A program made the position numbers and the translations under genes. Shown piece by piece: positions 35,143-44,885 of a stretch of 64,000 bases of DNA; the stretch's first letter is position 1, and every line of letters begins with the position of its first letter. The notes below the pieces were generated by a model. It saw nothing but the letters and a program-made list of their open reading frames with translations. It ran no database searches and had not been told where the DNA came from. Source of the DNA: Candidatus Faecicola pullistercoris (GTDB taxonomy: Bacteria; Bacillota; Clostridia; Christensenellales; CAG-917); NCBI GenBank assembly GCA_018714105.1, contig DVNW01000012.1:38592-102591 (forward strand). Reading direction: 5' to 3'.

Positions 35143-36156
35143 TTATCCTCTGGCGACCATTTCGCCGTATTCTTCCTTTTCTTTTTTGATAAAGGCCCTT
35201 ATTTCGTCGATGGTGGGCATGAATTCCGAACAGCCGTGAGCGGATACCAGCATGGAAGCGGACGCGCTGCCGAGTTCGAGACACTCGGTAATGTCCAGCC
35301 CTTCGAGCAACCCGTATATGAACGCCGAACCGTAACCGTCGCCGCCGCCGAAAGACTTGAATGCCTTGACGGGGAAAGGTTTAATGCTGTACTCGTTGTC
35401 GGCCGTATGCGCCGTAGAGCCCTTTTTGCCGTGCTTGATGATGACGATTTTGTTGCCCGCGGCAAGCCAATGCGCGGCGGTCTGCTCGTCCGTCCTTCCG
35501 GGAGCCGAAATGCTTTCGGTAAGATCGAATTCCTCCCTGCTGCCCATAATCATGTCGCTGTGCTCGGCAACGTAGGAATAATAAACGGCTATTTCGTCCT
35601 TGCTTTTCCAGTTGTACTCGCGGTAGTCGATATCGAAAATAACCTTGACGCCGTTTTTCTTCGCAAGCTGAACGGCCTTGAAGCAGGCCTCTCTCGAAGG
35701 ACTTGCCGCAAGCGCCGTACCCGATACGAGTATGGCTTTGGCCCTTTTTATGTATTCCTCGCTGACTTCGGACGGATTAAGCGTCAAATCGGCAACGCCT
35801 TCGCGGTACATCAATATACTGCTTTCGTCGGGCGACAGAATTTCGGTAAAGGTAAGCCCGAGCTTGTGCTCTTTTTCGGCTTTGAATATATTGGATACGT
35901 CAATACCTTCCTTTTTAAAGAAGTTTACTACGTATTCCCCGAAACGGTCGTCGGACACTCTGCCTATAAAGCCTACCTTTTTGCCGAGACGGGCCAATCC
36001 TACGGCTATATTAGCGGGCGAACCGCCCAGATATTTGCGGAATTCGCAGGATTCCGAAAGAGGCTTGAAATAATCGAGAGGGTTGAAATCTATGCATACC
36101 CTGCCGATCAGTATGAGGTCGAACTCCTTGTCGGGGTCAAAACTTAAATACTGCAT
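35143..36156 (-). CDS. iolC: 5-dehydro-2-deoxygluconokinase
   Basis: Contains FDLILIGRVCIDFNP...RKYLGGSPANIAVGLARLG, an IolC-type PfkB kinase. Confidence 0.88.
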   Translation of the reverse strand: MQYLSFDPDKEFDLILIGRVCIDFNPLDYFKPLSESCEFRKYLGGSPANIAVGLARLGKKVGFIGRVSDDRFGEYVVNFFKKEGIDVSNIFKAEKEHKLGLTFTEILSPDESSILMYREGVADLTLNPSEVSEEYIKRAKAILVSGTALAASPSREACFKAVQLAKKNGVKVIFDIDYREYNWKSKDEIAVYYSYVAEHSDMIMGSREEFDLTESISAPGRTDEQTAAHWLAAGNKIVIIKHGKKGSTAHTADNEYSIKPFPVKAFKSFGGGDGYGSAFIYGLLEGLDITECLELGSASASMLVSAHGCSEFMPTIDEIRAFIKKEKEEYGEMVARG

Positions 36157-36179
36157 ATTAACTCCTTTTATTTCACAAA

Positions 36180-36203
36180 CCGCACTTTATCGTGCGGTTT
36201 TTT
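36180..36203. terminator. hairpin between GH38 and iolC (good U-tract only in the plus orientation)
   Basis: Stem ccgcac (36180-36185) pairs with gtgcgg (36192-36197), then TTTTTT on the plus strand. The minus-strand reading gives only TTTGTG. Confidence 0.45.
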
Positions 36204-36212
36204 GTGTTAATC

Positions 36213-39158
36213 TTAAAATTCGAAATATAACGTCTTTATTTCAAACGGGCCGAACGTAAGCTCTTTACCGATTAAATCGTGTTTCGATTCAAGCATATCC
36301 GCGTTGTATACCGATTTGTAATCGAAATCGGCCTCTACGGTACACGTGCTTTCCTCGCCGTAACGCTCGTAAAGTCTTGCGACTATGCCCTTGCCGTTTT
36401 CCGCCGGTTTTACGGTTTCCAGAACGACGTTGTCGCCGCTTACCTTGATAAGAGGACGTATGTCCACGTTGCTGCCGGTTACGAACAGCGGGTTGTTGAG
36501 AAGATAGGCCTTACGGACGATTCCGGCCGTTTTGGCCGTGCCTTCGTACGGGCATACGGCGTAACTGAACTCGTGTTTGCCCATATCGCAATTCTTGTCG
36601 GGGAACTTGGGCGAACGCAACAGGTTTACGCTGATAATACCTTCCTTGACGCGATAACCGTATTTGCAGTCGTTGAGAACGGCAAAACCGTTTTCCCCGT
36701 CTTCCAGCGTCAGGTATTTGTGAGCGCATATTTCGAAGCGGGCCTTGTCAACGGACGTCTGATTGCCGGTAGAACGCTTGATATTGCCGAACTGTATGTC
36801 GCATTCCACCGTGTCGCTCCATACCGTCGTGTCAAAGTCGGCCCTGAGCATTTTGTGCTTTTCGTGCCAATCGGCATAGGTGTCTATCCTGAGCACGTCC
36901 TCGCCTTTGGTAAGCGACATACGCTGTACCACTACGGACTTGTTGGTGTAATAGCTGACTTTGAGTACTGCTTTGAAACCGTCAATATAGGTCTTTACGG
37001 ACTTGACGGCGAGTTTGTATTTTTTAAGCGACGGATAATTGATTTTTATATCCCATGCGTTATAATACATCCTCGGATCGCTGTAAATCACGAGTTTGTT
37101 GAGATAATCCTTCGCGTATTCCTTGCCCGTGCGCTTATCTACCAGCGAGCAGATGCTGCCGTCCGACCTGACTTTGAGTTTCAGAATATCGTTTTCGATT
37201 TCGTCCTCGCCTATTGCAAGCCCTTCGCCGTCGCTTTCGCATTCCTCGATGGGCGCGGAGGAATATCCGCCGACCTTGGCATGATACCACTTGTCCTCAT
37301 ACTTGAAGTATTTGTCCACGGGCGCGTAAGTGCCGTTAAGAACGTGCAGTCCCTCGCCTTTGGACATTACGCTGAGAAGACTGTCGGACGCGCCCGTAAT
37401 CTGATCGTACATCTTTTCGTAATTTTCCGTAGTCTCCTTGTACACCCTTTCTATGGACGATCCCGGGATTATGTCGTGGAATTGATACAAAAGTACTTCC
37501 TTCCATACTTTGTCAAGCAGGGCTTTGTTATACGGAATACCCCTCAGCTGAGCTATGGAGGATAACCATTCGTAATTGTGAAGCACCCTTTCCATAAGCC
37601 TGTTGTATTTCTTGTTGCGAGCCTGGGAGGTATAGGTACCCTGATGCTTTTCAAGATACAGTTCTCCGTCATATACCGGCATCTTGTCCTTGTCTGCGGA
37701 CAGCCTTTGGAAAAAGTCCCTTGCCGCGCCGAATCTGACTTTGCTGAGTCCTTTCATATCCTTCTCGCGCGAGATGCATTCGAGATGGCCTTCTCCCGGA
37801 CCTCCGCCGCCGTCGCCCGCGCCGAAGGAAATGAGCGCTTCCTTGAATTCCTTTTTCTGCTCGTTCTTAAAGTCCGATTTGGCCACGGCAAGCGCGCATC
37901 CCGAGGAATTGTAATCGCCCTGCGGAGGCATATGAGATATTATTTCGCTGCCGTCTATGCCTTTCCATACAAAGGTCTTGTAAGGGAATTTGTTATGTTC
38001 GTTCCAGCTGAGCTTGATAGTCATGAAATACTTCTTGCCGCATTTTTTCATAATCTGCGGAAGGGAAGCCGGGAAGCCGAATACGTCGGGCAACCATACC
38101 ATGTCCGTATGTTTTCCGAATTTTTCTCCGAAATATTTGTCGCCGTACATGAACTGTCTTATGAGCGATTCGCCCGTGGGAAGATTGCAGTCGCTTTCCG
38201 TCCACATTCCGCCCTGAATTTCTATACGGTCGTCGGCTACGGCCTTTTTTATCTTCTCGTAGATATCGGGATACCCTTCTTCCATCCATTCGAACTGTTG
38301 TGCCTGCGACGCGCCGAATACGTAATCGGGATAAAGCTCTATGTTTTTGAGCGCGGTCGCAAAAGTGCGGGCGGCTTTTCTCTTGGTTTCCCTTATGGGC
38401 CACAACCAGGCCAGATCGAGATGAGCGTGTCCTACCGCGGTATATTCGTTAACTTCTTTGTCGTTGGGGGTGTTAATGCGCTTTTCAAGCATCTCAGCGG
38501 CCTTGACCACGTCCTTCTTGCGTAACCTGTAACTGCTTAAAAGAAGCCTGCTTATCTTCTTGACTTCGTTTGAATCGATATTGTCGTTTTTGCTTACGGT
38601 AAGCATGAGCTGGAAAAGCTCGAGATAATCGTAATAGTAACGGAATACATCGTCGTTTTTTACGGCTATTTCCTTGCGTGCGAGTTTGGACCTGAAATTT
38701 TTGCGGTGAATGTTGTTGTATCCCGCGTCGACCATAACGTCTATTTCCTCGCCGCCTTCCGCGGGATTGAGAAATTCGACCACCTGTTTTCCTTTTAAAC
38801 TCTGAACCGCGTCGATACCGGTCATGATCTGAGTGATACCCTGCATGGGCTTACCGCCGGCAGTCATGTCGTATACCAGTCCCTCGCCCTCGACGTTGAT
38901 AATAAGTACGACGTGCTTTCCTTTCGCGCTTTCGGGTACCCGCCCTTTAAGACGGAACCAGCAGCAGTCGAAAAGGCCGCCCCATTCCTGTCCGGAAGCC
39001 ATCTTTTTGAAAATATATTTGTCCGTTTCCTTGAAGTTAACGGGTTCGGACGACATGAGCCCCTCGGCTTCGAGCGCGCCTACGTATGTATAAATATCGT
39101 CGCGGATACTTAACAGATTGGCTACGTGTACCGGATACAAAAGCGTTCTTTCAATCAT
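36213..39158 (-). CDS. GH38 alpha-mannosidase
   Basis: 981 aa. Contains GHAHLDLAWLWPIRETKRK and WLPDVFGF, typical of the GH38 catalytic domain. Confidence 0.9.
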   Translation of the reverse strand: MIERTLLYPVHVANLLSIRDDIYTYVGALEAEGLMSSEPVNFKETDKYIFKKMASGQEWGGLFDCCWFRLKGRVPESAKGKHVVLIINVEGEGLVYDMTAGGKPMQGITQIMTGIDAVQSLKGKQVVEFLNPAEGGEEIDVMVDAGYNNIHRKNFRSKLARKEIAVKNDDVFRYYYDYLELFQLMLTVSKNDNIDSNEVKKISRLLLSSYRLRKKDVVKAAEMLEKRINTPNDKEVNEYTAVGHAHLDLAWLWPIRETKRKAARTFATALKNIELYPDYVFGASQAQQFEWMEEGYPDIYEKIKKAVADDRIEIQGGMWTESDCNLPTGESLIRQFMYGDKYFGEKFGKHTDMVWLPDVFGFPASLPQIMKKCGKKYFMTIKLSWNEHNKFPYKTFVWKGIDGSEIISHMPPQGDYNSSGCALAVAKSDFKNEQKKEFKEALISFGAGDGGGGPGEGHLECISREKDMKGLSKVRFGAARDFFQRLSADKDKMPVYDGELYLEKHQGTYTSQARNKKYNRLMERVLHNYEWLSSIAQLRGIPYNKALLDKVWKEVLLYQFHDIIPGSSIERVYKETTENYEKMYDQITGASDSLLSVMSKGEGLHVLNGTYAPVDKYFKYEDKWYHAKVGGYSSAPIEECESDGEGLAIGEDEIENDILKLKVRSDGSICSLVDKRTGKEYAKDYLNKLVIYSDPRMYYNAWDIKINYPSLKKYKLAVKSVKTYIDGFKAVLKVSYYTNKSVVVQRMSLTKGEDVLRIDTYADWHEKHKMLRADFDTTVWSDTVECDIQFGNIKRSTGNQTSVDKARFEICAHKYLTLEDGENGFAVLNDCKYGYRVKEGIISVNLLRSPKFPDKNCDMGKHEFSYAVCPYEGTAKTAGIVRKAYLLNNPLFVTGSNVDIRPLIKVSGDNVVLETVKPAENGKGIVARLYERYGEESTCTVEADFDYKSVYNADMLESKHDLIGKELTFGPFEIKTLYFEF

Positions 39159-39225
39159 AAAATTTTCCTGCCTTTTTCATATTGATTTTGGTGATTTCGC
39201 ATAAAACAGCTTTATTTATAATTTA

Positions 39226-39254
39226 ATATTATACTAGTTAATATCGGTTGTCAA
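39226..39254 (-). promoter_or_regulatory. candidate promoter for the GH38 gene, in a 283-bp AT-rich spacer
   Basis: On the minus strand: TTGACA (39254-39249), then either TATAAT after 15 nt or TAATAT after 17 nt. Confidence 0.4.
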
Positions 39255-39403
39255 TTTTTTTTGAAAATAATTTTTTTTATACCCGAATTATCTATATCAA
39301 TTTACACAAAAAAGCATATTTTTATTATTTTCGGCCTTTTTAAAAACCGTTTTGTCTATATTTTACAGCAGTGCTGCGCGCAATAAAACGATAAAGCAAA
39401 AGA

Positions 39404-39433
39404 TAAAATAAAACCGCCTCACAAGCGAGGCGG
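39404..39433 (-). terminator. intrinsic terminator after the GH36 gene
   Basis: Stem ccgcctc (39414-39420) pairs with gaggcgg (39427-39433). The A-rich run at 39404-39413 is a U-tract on the minus strand. Confidence 0.8.
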
Positions 39434-39441
39434 TCGCAAAA

Positions 39442-41130
39442 TCAGTTTTTGTCGTTCTCTCCCGTTGCGGAGTTAATCGTCCAAACGCTCTTTTTTCCTC
39501 CGCTTTCGGTATATACCTTGATAACGTCGTTGCCCTCCCAGCTTACAAGGTTGACCTTTTCGGCGGGGGGAGCATAAGTTTTAAGGAGCATAGCCTTGTG
39601 TTTTTCGTCGTATTCCCCCACGTTATCCGAGGTAAACAGTATTCCGCCGCACAGAGAACATACGTCGGCAAGCAGCTCTTTCTGCTTTTCGCTGTATCCG
39701 AGAGGCTTTTCGGGAGCGCCGCTGTCCTTGCTTACTTTATAGTTTCTCAAAAAGAATACGTCGGGGTCGTTGACGAAAGCTCTTCCGTTAAGTCCTCTGC
39801 GGAACAAAGTGTTTTTGATCGCGGTTTTGGTGGAAATAATTTCCCTGTTGGTAATTTTTGTATAAAATCTTTCCTTGAAGGTAATCTCGGCGTCGCTGCC
39901 TATGCGGCAAAAATCGAATTTGCCGAAAGCCGGCCCCAACGGCACCCCGCAACCGAGAATGTATTTTTCGCCTACGCACTCCCTTAAAAAGTCCACGGCC
40001 TCGCACATAAGCTGACCTCTGCTCTTACCGTTACGCGCAACCATGCAGGCCGAATACAAAAAGTCGAGTTTTACCATATCGAAGCCCCATTCGCCCAGAA
40101 TCACGTTAAAGAAATTGCGGATATAGTCGCGACATTCGGGATTGTATATATCCAGCGTGTAAGCGCCGCCCCACCCCACGCAGCCGAGGCGCGGCTTTCC
40201 GTTTTTATCCTTTACTAGCCAGTCGGGATGCTCCTTCGCAACCACGCTGTTGCGCTGACAGTTAAACGGCGCAAGCCATATACCCGCAAGATAACCCTTT
40301 TCGTGAATTTTGTCGGCTACGTATTTCATGCCCGACGGAAATTTGACGGAATCAACGCTGAGCCAGTCGCCTACGGCAGTCTGATAACCGTCGTCTATCT
40401 GAAAAATCTCGGCCTTGTCGCCGGCAACCTTATAGAGATTTTCAAGATCTCTCAGAATAATCTTTTCGTTAATGCGGTTATAGTAATTGTACCACGAGGT
40501 GTACCCGCACAAGCGCTTGAGACGAGGTTTTTGTATGTCAAGTGCATCGAAATATGTGTCAAAGCATACATCATATGTGTCAGACACTCCGACCAGCGAG
40601 AACAGCTGATAATTTCCGAGTATTTTTACGTTTTCCAGCTCTTTTTCGACGGTTATCCGTGAAGCGGGCACGTTGAAATCCAGTATTGTATAACCGGTAC
40701 GCTCATTGAGCGAGCCTATAAAATCGCATATTTCGCCGTTGCGAACGTATCCTAACGTATAACCGTGAAAAACGCCTTTTTTAGAGGGATATTTCTTGAA
40801 ATGGTAATCGCCCGATATTCCGGAAATGTGCCTTATTGCTTTAATTGCGGACGGCCCTAACAGACCTTTGAATTTTTCGCAGGGGAGATATTCGCGGCTT
40901 TCCGACCAGGACTGATATCCGTTTACGAATATACGGCTGTCGTCGCGGTACGAATACGGCAGTATCGCTTTTGCCGATACAAGTTCGGTTTCGGCGCGGC
41001 TTTTGACGCTTACGTCAAGCCGACCTTCCGACGCGTTTGCAAAAATTTCAAGAACGTCGTCGCTCTTACTTACCGTTACGGGTTTGCCGTCTTTTTTGTA
41101 TGTCACTTCAAGCGTATAATTTTTAAACAT
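39442..41130 (-). CDS. GH36 alpha-galactosidase-like glycosidase (compact TmGalA-like type)
   Basis: Contains FQIDDGYQ, GIWLAPF, MVKLDFLY and NDPDVFFL. I take the start at the ATG at 41130 (AGGAG RBS 7 nt upstream). Confidence 0.8.
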   Translation of the reverse strand: MFKNYTLEVTYKKDGKPVTVSKSDDVLEIFANASEGRLDVSVKSRAETELVSAKAILPYSYRDDSRIFVNGYQSWSESREYLPCEKFKGLLGPSAIKAIRHISGISGDYHFKKYPSKKGVFHGYTLGYVRNGEICDFIGSLNERTGYTILDFNVPASRITVEKELENVKILGNYQLFSLVGVSDTYDVCFDTYFDALDIQKPRLKRLCGYTSWYNYYNRINEKIILRDLENLYKVAGDKAEIFQIDDGYQTAVGDWLSVDSVKFPSGMKYVADKIHEKGYLAGIWLAPFNCQRNSVVAKEHPDWLVKDKNGKPRLGCVGWGGAYTLDIYNPECRDYIRNFFNVILGEWGFDMVKLDFLYSACMVARNGKSRGQLMCEAVDFLRECVGEKYILGCGVPLGPAFGKFDFCRIGSDAEITFKERFYTKITNREIISTKTAIKNTLFRRGLNGRAFVNDPDVFFLRNYKVSKDSGAPEKPLGYSEKQKELLADVCSLCGGILFTSDNVGEYDEKHKAMLLKTYAPPAEKVNLVSWEGNDVIKVYTESGGKKSVWTINSATGENDKN

Positions 41131-41158
41131 GATTTCGCTCCTTGTCATAATTAAAAAT

Positions 41159-41188
41159 ATTATATCATACCATTTTAGGCATTGTAAA
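41159..41188 (-). promoter_or_regulatory. candidate promoter for the GH36 gene
   Basis: On the minus strand: TTTACA (41188-41183), 18-nt spacer, TATAAT (41164-41159). Confidence 0.5.
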
Positions 41189-41222
41189 TATTCTTGCCGC
41201 ATTTTGTCGGCTGTCGGATTAT

Positions 41223-41247
41223 TAAAAAACCCCGCTTATGCGGAGTG
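41223..41247 (-). terminator. intrinsic terminator after dapL
   Basis: Stem accccgc pairs with gcggagt (one mismatch), with an A-run at 41224-41229. Confidence 0.65.
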
Positions 41248-41252
41248 AGTTT

Positions 41253-42437
41253 TTATTTTTCGTAAAGCGTCCTGAAAAGCGCCATGGCCTTTTGCGTGTT
41301 TTCCTTGGTGTTGAAAGCCGTAAGTCTGAAAAATCCTTCGCCTTCTTCGCCGAATCCCACGCCGGGAGTGCCGACTACGCCGATGCTTTCCAGAAGATAG
41401 TCGAAAAACTGCCAGGAATCGTAGCCATCTTTGCATTTAAGCCATATATATGGCGAGTTCTTGCCGCCCGTATGCCATATGCCCAGCTCGGTGAGAGTAT
41501 CGGATATTATTTTTGCGTTCTCTTTATAGTAAGCTATGGCCTCTCTTGTCTGCCTGTAACCTTCGGGAGTGAATACCTGTTCGGCCCCGCGCTGTACGAC
41601 GTATGAGACGCCGTTGAATTTTGTGGTCTGACGGCGCAGCCATAACGAGTTAAGCACGACGTTTTCCCTGACAAGCGCTTTGGGAACAACGGTATAGCCG
41701 CACCTCGTGCCCGTAAAGCCCGCGGTTTTGGACAGAGAGCAGAATTCAATGGCGCATTTTTCGGCACCCTTTATCTGATAGATGCTTGTGGGCAGTTCCT
41801 TTTCGCCTATGAAAGCCTCGTATGCGCTGTCAAACAATATCACCGCGTCGTTGGAAAGCGCGTATTCCACCCACTTGCCCAGCTGCGCCTTGTCGTATAC
41901 CGCACCGGTGGGATTGTTTGGCGAACACAGATAAATTATGTCGCATTTGATTTTTTGGTCGGGAAGAGGCAGAAAACCGTTTTCCTCGGTGGCTTTGACG
42001 TGGATTATCCTGCGTCCGTCCATCACGTTGGTATCCACGTAAACGGGATAGACCGGGCTTGGTATAAGCACCGTATTATCCGCGGAAAATATGTCCAGAA
42101 TGTTGCCTAAATCGCTTTTTGCACCGTCGCTTATGAATATTTCGTCGGATTCCAGCTCCACGCCTTTTTCAAGATAGTATAACCTTACCTTTTCTTTAAG
42201 AAAGTCGCAGCCCTGTTCGGCGCCGTATCCGTGGAAAGTTTCCGCGCGTCCCTGATCTTCGGAGGCCGATACAAGCCCTTTTACCACAACGGGGGCCAGA
42301 GGCTTGGTTACGTCGCCTATGCCCAGACGTATGATTTCCCGATCGGGATTGGCCGCGCGAAAGGCGTTTACCTTTTTGGCTATGGTGGAGAATAAATAAC
42401 TGTCTTGCAGATTGAGATAATTTCTGTTGATTTTCAT
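41253..42437 (-). CDS. dapL: LL-diaminopimelate aminotransferase
   Basis: The N-terminus MKINRNYLNLQDSYLFSTIAKKV...IRLGIGDVT is characteristic of DapL. It lies next to dapF. Confidence 0.88.
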   Translation of the reverse strand: MKINRNYLNLQDSYLFSTIAKKVNAFRAANPDREIIRLGIGDVTKPLAPVVVKGLVSASEDQGRAETFHGYGAEQGCDFLKEKVRLYYLEKGVELESDEIFISDGAKSDLGNILDIFSADNTVLIPSPVYPVYVDTNVMDGRRIIHVKATEENGFLPLPDQKIKCDIIYLCSPNNPTGAVYDKAQLGKWVEYALSNDAVILFDSAYEAFIGEKELPTSIYQIKGAEKCAIEFCSLSKTAGFTGTRCGYTVVPKALVRENVVLNSLWLRRQTTKFNGVSYVVQRGAEQVFTPEGYRQTREAIAYYKENAKIISDTLTELGIWHTGGKNSPYIWLKCKDGYDSWQFFDYLLESIGVVGTPGVGFGEEGEGFFRLTAFNTKENTQKAMALFRTLYEK

Positions 42438-42524
42438 TTTCTGCTCCGTGTATTTTAATTTATTAGTATATTAACACATCGGCAGATTTTTTTCAAGTTT
42501 AATGCGGCGGTTTGCCGTTTTTTT

Positions 42525-43388
42525 TCAATATGTACGCGGCAGTTCGGTTTCTCCCTCGAAAACGGTTTGCGCGCGTCCGGTAAGATAAATTTCGCCGTCC
42601 GTAATTTGTACGGTTAAATTTCCGCCGTTCTGCCGCACGGTTATTTCCTTTTGACATTCCAGGCGTCCGGTTACCGCGCCGGCCGCCACTGCCGCACATG
42701 CGCCCGTTCCGCACGCGCCCGTAAACCCGCTGCCTCTTTCCCATACTTTAAGCCTTATCTCGCAGGGGCTTATGACCTTAACGAACCCCGCGTTTATCCG
42801 CCGCGGGAAAAGCGGATTCGTTTCTATCGCTCTGCCCGCGACGCAAACTTCGGCGTCCTCGATATCCTCGGAAAAGACAACGCAATGAGGGTTTCCCACC
42901 GAAAGACAGGTGCATATAAAAGTCCTGCCGCCTGCTTCAAGAGCCTTTTCGATAAAGGGTTTGTCGCACAGTACGGGTACTGCTTCGGGCGAAAAGTCCG
43001 CCCGTCCCACGGACACTTTTATAAGTTCGGCCGTGGAAAGGCCTTCTTCGATACAGGCCGTTTTAACTCCCGCGTCGGTAAGAATTCTCATTTCTCTTTG
43101 CCGCGCGTATCCTTTATCGTACAGATACTTGGCCACACACCTGAGCCCGTTGCCGCACATCTCTGCGCGCGAACCGTCGGCATTGTAAATTTCCATACGG
43201 GCGGCGCAGTCCTTCGCGTCTTTTATAAGTATTATGCCGTCGCCGCCTATGCCGGTGCGCCTGTCCGAAAGTTTAACGGCGAGGTCTTCAGGGTGTGCGA
43301 CAGGATTGGCGCCGTTCATACAGTTAATATAAACGTAGTCGTTGCCTAACGCTTGCATTTTTGTAAATTTCAGTCTCATTTTTGCCAT
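42525..43388 (-). CDS. dapF: diaminopimelate epimerase
   Basis: Contains FTKMQALGNDYVYI and two active-site Cys motifs (MCGNGLRC, GACGTGACA). The start could instead be the ATG at 43379. Confidence 0.88.
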   Translation of the reverse strand: MAKMRLKFTKMQALGNDYVYINCMNGANPVAHPEDLAVKLSDRRTGIGGDGIILIKDAKDCAARMEIYNADGSRAEMCGNGLRCVAKYLYDKGYARQREMRILTDAGVKTACIEEGLSTAELIKVSVGRADFSPEAVPVLCDKPFIEKALEAGGRTFICTCLSVGNPHCVVFSEDIEDAEVCVAGRAIETNPLFPRRINAGFVKVISPCEIRLKVWERGSGFTGACGTGACAAVAAGAVTGRLECQKEITVRQNGGNLTVQITDGEIYLTGRAQTVFEGETELPRTY

Positions 43389-43468
43389 ATTTATACTTTA
43401 ACCGTCAAATTAAGATGTTTAAACTATTGTTTTTATATATTTTATTCGGCAAAAGTTTAAATTATGAC

Positions 43469-43498
43469 AAAAAAAACCGCCCGTATATTTACGGGCGG
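43469..43498 (-). terminator. intrinsic terminator after purA
   Basis: Stem ccgcccgta (43477-43485) pairs with tacgggcgg (43490-43498). The 8-nt A-run upstream is a U-tract on the minus strand. Confidence 0.85.
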
Positions 43499-43514
43499 CA
43501 ACCTTTCTGCCTTT

Positions 43515-44786
43515 TTATTTTACGAAATACGCATCGCGCTCGGCGCCTACCGATACGTATCTGACGGGGCAACCGACCTGTTTTTCGATATATTCCACGT
43601 ATTCGGCGGCTTCCTTGGGAAGATCGCTCATTTTTCTGGCTTTACTGATGTCGCATTTCCAACCCTTGAAATACCTGAATACGGGCTTTGCCACGGCCAA
43701 ATCCTCGCCGAAGGGGAATTCCTCCACCCTGCGCCCGTTGACTTCGTACGCTTCGCATACCGGTATTTCGTCAAGCGCGGAAAGCACGTCGAGTTTTGTA
43801 AGCGCAAGACAGTCCGCACCCTGCATTCTTACCCCGTACCTGGACGCTACGACGTCGAACCCGCCTACGCGCCTGGGCCTGCCCGTCGCCGCGCCGTATT
43901 CGCCGCCGGCCTCGCGCAGATCGTGCGCGAAATCACCCGTAGCTTCCACGGTGAACGGGCCTTCGCCGACACAGGACGAGTACGCCTTGATTATACCTAT
44001 TACGTTATCGAGTCTGAGATTGGGTACTCCCGCGCCTATGGGGGCGTATGCGGCTATCGTGTTGGAGGAAGACGTATAGGGGTTAATGCCGAAATCGATG
44101 TCCCTGAGCGCGCCCAGCTGGGCTTCGAACATTATTTTCTTGCCCTGTTTTGCCGCTTCGTTGAGATATACGCCGGTGTCGGTAACGTAATCTTTGAACT
44201 CGTTGCCGTAACGGGTAATCCATTCAAGCATTTTTTCGTAGGAAATCGCTTCGTCGCCGTAAGCCTTTTCAATGAAAAGATTTTTCCACTCGACTATGTC
44301 TTTAAGCCTTTTTTTAACGTACTCGGGATATTTTAAATCGCCCATACGTATTATTTTTTTGAGATATTTATCCCCGTATACGGGGGCTATGCCGCGCCTG
44401 GTCGAGCCGTATTTGGCGTCGCCGAGTCTGTTTTCTTCAAGGCAGTCCTGCAATACGTGATAAGGCATGCAGATAACGGCGCGCTCGCTTATTTTAAGAT
44501 TTTCGGGAGTTATCTCGATGCCGCCCTCCCTGAGCCGCGCGACTTCGCCGGAAAGGTGCTGCAGGTCGATTACCATGCCGTTGCCCATGACGTTGACGAC
44601 TTCCCTGCGCAGTATGCCCGAAGGCAATAAATTAAGTACGAATTTACCGAGCGGATTGATTACCGTGTGTCCGGCGTTGTTACCGCCCTGATACCTTACG
44701 ACTATGTCGTACTCCTCGGAAAGCAAATCGACCATACGTCCTTTGCCTTCGTCGCCCCAATTTATGCCCACGATTCCGGTTAGCAT
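43515..44786 (-). CDS. purA: adenylosuccinate synthase
   Basis: Contains GINWGDEGKGRMVD...YQGGNNAGHTV. Confidence 0.93.
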   Translation of the reverse strand: MLTGIVGINWGDEGKGRMVDLLSEEYDIVVRYQGGNNAGHTVINPLGKFVLNLLPSGILRREVVNVMGNGMVIDLQHLSGEVARLREGGIEITPENLKISERAVICMPYHVLQDCLEENRLGDAKYGSTRRGIAPVYGDKYLKKIIRMGDLKYPEYVKKRLKDIVEWKNLFIEKAYGDEAISYEKMLEWITRYGNEFKDYVTDTGVYLNEAAKQGKKIMFEAQLGALRDIDFGINPYTSSSNTIAAYAPIGAGVPNLRLDNVIGIIKAYSSCVGEGPFTVEATGDFAHDLREAGGEYGAATGRPRRVGGFDVVASRYGVRMQGADCLALTKLDVLSALDEIPVCEAYEVNGRRVEEFPFGEDLAVAKPVFRYFKGWKCDISKARKMSDLPKEAAEYVEYIEKQVGCPVRYVSVGAERDAYFVK

Positions 44787-44885
44787 CTGTTTTTCTCCTT
44801 TGCTTAAAATTTTGTCAGCCCGATAATTATATTATATTTATTGAGTACTGTCAATTGATTACGTGCGCAATAGGCCCGCGCGCGG

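Noticed and set aside
36180-36203. Hairpin between GH38 and iolC as a strong terminator separating the two units
   Set aside because: The U-tract is good only on the plus strand, where no gene reads into it. On the relevant minus strand the tail is TTTGTG. I list it as a low-confidence feature only.
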